A stretch of 64,000 nucleotides of DNA from NCBI GenBank assembly GCA_046861385.1, contig JBHHTW010000005.1, positions 32,001 to 96,000 on the forward strand. Direction: 5' to 3'. The notes under the pieces are model-generated. The model saw only the letters and a list, made by a program, of their open reading frames with translations, ran no database searches and was not told the DNA's origin. Source of the stretch: Fidelibacterota bacterium. GTDB taxonomy: Bacteria; Fidelibacterota; Marinisomatia; Marinisomatales; TCS55. This document shows positions 58,444 to 64,000 of this stretch, one piece after another; the first letter of the stretch is position 1, and each line of letters begins with the position of its first letter. The position numbers and the translations under genes were made by a program.

Positions 58444-58929
58444 CATGGATTGTGTTCAATAAAGCACGATTAGAATTTTATTCTCCCTAACAGTTGGGAA
58501 ATGTGTTATGCTGGTTTTTAAGCACTTAACATTCTACTTGCTGCAAATTTATTTAATTAGTTTTTCATATTAACTACTTAACCCCCCATTGCTTAAAAGC
58601 CCTTGTTATGCACCAGCGGTTTTTTTCTCATTTACTATGGAATCCACTCATTACACAATCTCTTTTACTCCTAAAACTTGTATATAAACTATCTGTATTC
58701 GAAAAGAGGAAAACATATCTATTCCCTTATCAGAAAAGGAGACAGCTTCAAAAATCGATGGAGATCATTCAAAGATATACGCATTTCATTCATAAGAATT
58801 AAAAAGGATATGTTCACTCGATCAGGTGAAATAAAAATATTGGTATAATTACAGTTAGCTATTGTAGGTTTTCATTGTATTTCATCCGTGAGATGGGGAA
58901 TCTCCCTTAATAAGCAACACACTTGAACT

Positions 58930-59205
58930 ATGACTGAAATAATCATTAATCAACTGTCCCAGGAAGAATTGGAATCCAAGGGAGTTTTTCAATGGCCCAT
59001 TTGGGAATGTGAAATTTCTGAGTTTCCTTGGACTTACCCTGAAAAAGAAACCTGTTACATTATCGAAGGAGAAATTGAAGTTAAAACGGATGACAACGTT
59101 GTTAATATTAAACCTGGAGATTTTGTCGTATTTTCCGCAGGATTAAGCTGCGTTTGGAATGTACTAGTTCCTGTGAAAAAACATTATAAGTTTGGGTCAA
59201 TATGA
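58930..59205 (+). CDS. Cupin domain protein (Cupin_3/DUF861-like)
   Basis: WPIWEC..SEFPWTY..KETCYIIEG...GDFVVF..GLSCVW...KHY. Confidence 0.88.
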   Translation: MTEIIINQLSQEELESKGVFQWPIWECEISEFPWTYPEKETCYIIEGEIEVKTDDNVVNIKPGDFVVFSAGLSCVWNVLVPVKKHYKFGSI

Positions 59206-59405
59206 TTATTGTCAATTGGCGTATATTACTATTTTTAGGAATTGGTATGCTAATCGGTTCCGGAATTCTCTTTTATTGGGGTTACCAATTAAAAATTACA
59301 GGAGAATCGTTTAACCATTTTTGGGTGTTAGCCCTTGGCTTTGCGTGGGTGGGCAGTGACTTAGTTAAAAAAGCTGTTGACAAAAAAACGAATCAAGACA
59401 AGTGA
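59202..59405 (+). CDS. Small 2-TM membrane protein
   Basis: 67 aa, overlaps and abuts its neighbours. Confidence 0.7.
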   Translation: MIIVNWRILLFLGIGMLIGSGILFYWGYQLKITGESFNHFWVLALGFAWVGSDLVKKAVDKKTNQDK

Positions 59406-60182
59406 TTGAAATATGTTAACCAAATTGCTAACATCATGAGAGAAGCTGTTTATAACTATCTAAATACATTTGAACCATTCAATATGTTTGGTACTGAATA
59501 TTTCTTGGGGAATATGATCTCTTTATTAGTCATAATCTTCTTACCTCTGTATGCAAAACGCCATCTGGATAGTAAAACCCAGCACACAGTGGGAAAAGTC
59601 ATTGGATGGATGGTTTTCAGTAATTATCTATTGTGGGTTATTTTGGAGATGATAGCCGGCACTTTTGATGTAAAACTCCATTTGCCTGTCCACCTTTGCC
59701 GACTTGCGAATATTATGATACCGCTCGTGTTGGTCTGGCGAAATTATTTTGTGTATGAGATATTATTCTTTTGGGGATTTTCAGGTATGCTTCAAGCTGC
59801 TATTACTCCGGATATCGCCGCTGGATTTCCTCATTTTCATTATTTCCGGTTTTGGGTTGGCCACCAGGGGATGATTTTGGGTTTGGTTTATGCGACTGTT
59901 ATTTACGAGATGCGACCAACCATGAAAAGTCTGGTGAAAGCGTTTATCGCGTTAAATATTATGCTGTTAATTGCTGCAGCTGTAAACCTTTCGATAGGAA
60001 CCAATTATTTATGGATTTGCGGAAAGCCAACCAACCATTTAGGTGAGCATCTTCCTACTATCATGGATTATTTTGGACCTTGGCCGTGGTATATTCTTAC
60101 AGCCGAAATATTTGCTATACTTCATTTTGGATTGGCGTACACACCAATCTATTTTCTCAATAAAAAAAAGGCTTCGCAATGA
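59406..60182 (+). CDS. YwaF/TIGR02206-like integral membrane protein
   Basis: LPVHLC, QAAITPD, FPHF.YF.FW..H, NYLWIC.KP, GPWPWY. Confidence 0.85.
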   Translation: MKYVNQIANIMREAVYNYLNTFEPFNMFGTEYFLGNMISLLVIIFLPLYAKRHLDSKTQHTVGKVIGWMVFSNYLLWVILEMIAGTFDVKLHLPVHLCRLANIMIPLVLVWRNYFVYEILFFWGFSGMLQAAITPDIAAGFPHFHYFRFWVGHQGMILGLVYATVIYEMRPTMKSLVKAFIALNIMLLIAAAVNLSIGTNYLWICGKPTNHLGEHLPTIMDYFGPWPWYILTAEIFAILHFGLAYTPIYFLNKKKASQ

Positions 60183-62338
60183 ATCGAATTGTGGGTTTGG
60201 TAATAACAATAGTGATGGCAATGATAATGATGGGAAATAATAAACCAAAAATGATGCAAACGAACATGCCTCCAATTGCAGAAAAAATACCTCACACGAC
60301 AAGTATCCATGGATATGAACGAGTAGATAACTACCATTGGATGCGCTTGACAGATGAGCAAAAATTGTCAAAAGATTCTGATGAACAAACCCAAAAGGTC
60401 TTGGATAATCTAAAAGCAGAAAATTCATACAAAGAAGCCATGCTAAAGCATACTGAAAAATTCCAGGATGATTTATTTAATGAAATTGTTGGACGAATTA
60501 AGAAAGATGACGAATCAGTACCTTACTTCGATAATGGTTATTGGTATTATTCCCGTTATGAAAAAGGAAAAGAATACCCCATATACTGCAGAAAAAAAGA
60601 AACACTGGAAGCCACTGAATCTATTATAATTGACGTAAATGAATGGGCAGAAGGGCATGATTATTATTCTTTAACTGGTTTGGAGGTCAGTCCCAATAAT
60701 CAATATTTAGCTTTTAGTGTAGATACGTTAAGCCGTCGAATATATACCATAAAAATTAAGGATTTAAAGACGGGCGAAATTCTTCCAGATGAAATTCACG
60801 GTACCGAAAGAGGGGTTGCCTGGGCAAATGATAACAAAACATTATTCTACACGACAAAAAATGAAGAGACACTCTTATCCGAACATATAGATAGACATAA
60901 ATTGGGAACACTTCAATCGGAAGATGTAAGAGTTTATACTGAAAATGATAATTCATTTTATATCGGTGTCTACCGTTCCAAGTCGGATAAATATATTATC
61001 ATTTATAATTCAAGTACCTTGGTGAGTGACTTCCAAATTTTAGAAACAAATAATCCTGAAGGAAAATTTCGGTCTTTTTCTCCCCGAGAAAGTGAACATG
61101 AATATTCTATCGAGCATTATAAAGATAAATTTTATATCATAACAAATTGGGATGCAGTCAACTTTCGTTTGATGGAAACGCCGGAAAACGCTACATCCAA
61201 AGAAAACTGGACTGAAGTGATTCCACATCGTAATAATGTACTTTTGAGTGATATTGAAGTATTTACCAATCATATGGTACTCAGTGAACGGAAGGACGGT
61301 TTACGGCAGCTGCGAGTCATAGATCAAAGAAACAGCAGCGAACATTACATTGATTTTGGAGAAGCGGTTTATGCTTCATATATATTGGTGAATTTAAGTT
61401 TTGATACGAATATACTTAGGGTTGGATTTACTTCAATGAAAACACCTTTTTCCACTTTAGACTATCAAATGGATACGCGAGAATCTACTCTTTTAAAACA
61501 AACTGAGGTCGTGGGTGGATATAATGCAGATAATTATGAAACCGAGCGCTTGTTTGCAACCGCTAGAGACGGTAAGCAAATTCCAATATCCATTATTTAC
61601 AAAAAAGGATTCAGAAAGAATGGTAAAGGGAATGTACTTGTCTACGGATATGGGTCATATGGTGCTACTATGGAACCGTCATTCAGCTCTACGCGATTAA
61701 GTTTATTGGATAGGGGATTTGCCTATGCCATTGCCCATATTCGAGGGAGTCAAACCTACGGTCGACCCTGGTACGATGACGGTAAAATGGAAAATAAAAT
61801 GAACACATTTACTGATTTTATTGATTGCAGCCAATATTTGATTGATAAAAAGTATACCGATAAGGATCATTTATTTGCCATGGGAGGAAGTGCCGGAGGA
61901 TTATTAATGGGAGCTATTGTCAATATAGCACCGGAATTATATAAAGGAATCGTAGCCGCCGTTCCATTTGTAGATGTGATTAACACCATGCTCGATGAAA
62001 CCATACCACTAACATCAAACGAATGGAATGAATGGGGAAATCCAAAAATTAAGGAAGAGTACGATTATATAATTAAATATTCACCATATGATAATGTTGA
62101 AGCAAAGGAATATCCTAATATGTTGGTAACCACCGGATATTTTGATTCACAGGTTCAATATTGGGAGCCCCAGAAATGGGTAGCCAAACTTCGAGATATG
62201 AAGAAAGACGATCATGTATTATTGATGCATGTTAATATGGAGGCCGGTCATGGTGGAAAATCAGGACGATTTCGTCGTTATCGTGAAGTGGCGCTTGAAT
62301 ATGCGTTTTTACTTGATTTGGTTGGGATTAACCAATGA
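60179..62338 (+). CDS. ptrB: Oligopeptidase B (S9A)
   Basis: DNYHWM, YGYGSYG, GGSAGG (Ser), DSQVQYWEP (Asp), AGHGG (His). Confidence 0.93.
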   Translation: MNRIVGLVITIVMAMIMMGNNKPKMMQTNMPPIAEKIPHTTSIHGYERVDNYHWMRLTDEQKLSKDSDEQTQKVLDNLKAENSYKEAMLKHTEKFQDDLFNEIVGRIKKDDESVPYFDNGYWYYSRYEKGKEYPIYCRKKETLEATESIIIDVNEWAEGHDYYSLTGLEVSPNNQYLAFSVDTLSRRIYTIKIKDLKTGEILPDEIHGTERGVAWANDNKTLFYTTKNEETLLSEHIDRHKLGTLQSEDVRVYTENDNSFYIGVYRSKSDKYIIIYNSSTLVSDFQILETNNPEGKFRSFSPRESEHEYSIEHYKDKFYIITNWDAVNFRLMETPENATSKENWTEVIPHRNNVLLSDIEVFTNHMVLSERKDGLRQLRVIDQRNSSEHYIDFGEAVYASYILVNLSFDTNILRVGFTSMKTPFSTLDYQMDTRESTLLKQTEVVGGYNADNYETERLFATARDGKQIPISIIYKKGFRKNGKGNVLVYGYGSYGATMEPSFSSTRLSLLDRGFAYAIAHIRGSQTYGRPWYDDGKMENKMNTFTDFIDCSQYLIDKKYTDKDHLFAMGGSAGGLLMGAIVNIAPELYKGIVAAVPFVDVINTMLDETIPLTSNEWNEWGNPKIKEEYDYIIKYSPYDNVEAKEYPNMLVTTGYFDSQVQYWEPQKWVAKLRDMKKDDHVLLMHVNMEAGHGGKSGRFRRYREVALEYAFLLDLVGINQ

Positions 62339-62925
62339 TTAATAGAATTCTTTCCAAACTCAGATTCCCCGGAATTTGTTTGGATTTATACACTAACTCC
62401 GCCATGAAGAGGGTTGGGCGAATGGGCGCTGTGCTCAACCTAATTTTCATCTTCATTCTGTTCCAGACTGGGGCTCATGCCCAACATCAAAATCGCTTAT
62501 TCTGGGATGGCGGTGACTGGAACCGCGTGAGCCAATTAGCTGCCGGAGACCGGCAAATGGAAATAAGAATTAAATCTGCATATCTGAATGGTGTGTTGGA
62601 TGGACGACTATTCTTCTATTTAAAAATCTGGTCAGTAGAACAAGGATTAGCCGATAGTGTATTCGCTGAAACAATTGACTACTTAAGCCCCAAAGAGATG
62701 GTTCGCTCATTGGATAATTTCTATTCAGATCCGCTAATGGTTTATGTACCGGTCCCATCTGCTATGATTGTTTCCAATATGTATGGTGAAAGGATCCCAT
62801 TAAAGATTATTGATGCCTATGTCCAACAAACAAAATTTTGGATCAATGACTTACAATTAAGATTGGAGGAACAAACGCCGACGGAATTACTTGAAGGTAA
62901 ACGTAAAAAACATTTAGAGAAGTAG
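62335..62925 (+). CDS. Hypothetical exported protein
   Basis: Signal-like hydrophobic segment; true start may be a downstream ATG. Confidence 0.7.
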   Translation: MINRILSKLRFPGICLDLYTNSAMKRVGRMGAVLNLIFIFILFQTGAHAQHQNRLFWDGGDWNRVSQLAAGDRQMEIRIKSAYLNGVLDGRLFFYLKIWSVEQGLADSVFAETIDYLSPKEMVRSLDNFYSDPLMVYVPVPSAMIVSNMYGERIPLKIIDAYVQQTKFWINDLQLRLEEQTPTELLEGKRKKHLEK

Positions 62926-62937
62926 CAGAGGAATTAT

Positions 62938-63075
62938 GTCATTGCGATTCGCCCAGTAGGCGGAGAATCAATCTTCTTGAGTGATAAAACCGAAGGACAT
63001 CAATAATTTCTGGTCTTTGACGTACCCATTGGGATCGCCACGCCTTTTCACTTCATATCAAAAATTCGCGATAAT
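62938..63075. repeat. Second, more degenerate GTCATTGCGA...TCGCGAT palindromic element
   Basis: Shares GTCATTGCGA, AATCT, GATCGC and TTCGCGAT blocks with 6446-6551; also between convergent genes. Confidence 0.5.
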
Positions 63076-63080
63076 TTACA

Positions 63081-63467
63081 CTAATCTACTCTGTAAAACC
63101 CGATTTTAGAATGATATGTATAAATGCGATAATCTCCGGTAAATGTGATTTTACTAATATTGAATTTGTAATCCGGAAGTGGTTTAACGAGATCTAATTT
63201 AATGATTTTTGATACAGTTCGATTGTTTTGTAAAGCAGGATCATTCGGCCCTATGATGATCATCCTCTTTTCTGACAATAACCCATCCGTACTATTAGAA
63301 AAAAACAAAAATCCTTCGAGATGATTGATCTTTCGTCCTGATTCATTGTCGATTTGCACCACTATACTAACTGTATTTTCATCTATTAACCGGGGGCGAA
63401 CATCGATCTTCAAGGATTGACCGGTCAGAAATCCTGCAACAATGATTAAGAAACACAGCTTTTTCAT
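63081..63467 (-). CDS. Hypothetical exported protein
   Basis: MKKLCFLIIVAGFLTG signal peptide from ATG 63467. Confidence 0.7.
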   Translation of the reverse strand: MKKLCFLIIVAGFLTGQSLKIDVRPRLIDENTVSIVVQIDNESGRKINHLEGFLFFSNSTDGLLSEKRMIIIGPNDPALQNNRTVSKIIKLDLVKPLPDYKFNISKITFTGDYRIYTYHSKIGFYRVD

Positions 63468-63549
63468 ACGTAAACTTCGGGAACGTTTTTGAAAGACAAA
63501 AGAAAAACTATGCAACAAATAAACTAATATTTTGTTCAATCTAAATCCG

Positions 63550-64000
63550 ATGAACCAAGATCAATTCCGACAAGCACTCGATAAATTAAATGATTCATTT
63601 TTATTGAAAAAGATTGGGCATTTTGACGGCACCTGGATTGCAAAGGGTCGATTAATGTCCGGATCAAATATCAAAAATGTAAAACGCACATTAAACAAAG
63701 AACCATTTGATTACGATGTTTCCTCCGAGAATGGTGAAATAATTATTAAGAGTAAGGGAAAAACTGCAGTTATTCTGCGAATTCCAAAGATTTCAAGATT
63801 GCACATGGGTCTGTTTGCTGCGACAGTGTTTACTACACTCCTCGCCGGGGCCATTATGGAAGGTGCGGATCTTGTTTCTCATCCGTTTGAAATCACAAGG
63901 GGAATTCCATTTTCATTTACACTATTATTGATTCTGGGATGCCATGAATTCGGGCATTACTATTATGCGGTGAAACATCATGTAGATGCAACGCTGCCGT
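63550..64000 (+). CDS. Site-2 protease (M50) family, truncated at window end
   Basis: Manual translation: ...LFAATVFTTLLAG...GIPFSFTLLLILGCHEFGHY...HVDATLP (HExxH). Confidence 0.88.
   Translation, partial: MNQDQFRQALDKLNDSFLLKKIGHFDGTWIAKGRLMSGSNIKNVKRTLNKEPFDYDVSSENGEIIIKSKGKTAVILRIPKISRLHMGLFAATVFTTLLAGAIMEGADLVSHPFEITRGIPFSFTLLLILGCHEFGHYYYAVKHHVDATLP

Noticed and set aside
58608-58850. 64-aa ORF or possible decayed gene after malic enzyme
   Set aside because: No RBS or motif, and other frames contain stops; not supportable.
1-64000. CRISPR arrays, rRNA genes, transposases, integrases, prophage genes
   Set aside because: None seen by eye: no regularly spaced repeats and no ORFs with the relevant motifs.

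Overview
AT-rich bacterial chromosomal window. Gene content (PorU-like C25 sortase, mitochondrial-type aconitase, short RpoD/SigA paralog, lapAB) points to a diderm FCB-group organism, possibly Ca. Marinimicrobia; this is inference and was not verified. The left part is mostly housekeeping: an ArcE/cDPGS-like P-loop enzyme next to pruA, dusB, rpmB, the dcw cluster (mraZ to ftsZ, with murG split by a homopolymer frameshift), rodZ-like, maf, porU-like, aconitase, serA, a sigma factor, miaB and lapAB. An AAA-ATPase gene sits between two 125-bp direct repeats of the dusB 5' end, which looks like an integrase-less island. A tRNA-Sec (selC) at 40009-40101 is followed by att-arm-like repeats, a higBA toxin-antitoxin pair and a nuclease. 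The most notable region follows (41810-52147): an 11-gene co-oriented cluster with 28 canonical CxxCH motifs plus one CX3CH. It joins a Qrc/alternative-complex-III-like quinone-reactive module to an outer-membrane beta-barrel, a 14-heme cytochrome and cytochrome lipoproteins, making it a candidate inner-membrane-to-cell-surface electron conduit. After it come a two-subunit PFOR, a GNAT, malic enzyme and peptidases. All calls come from reading motifs by eye; no database searches were run.
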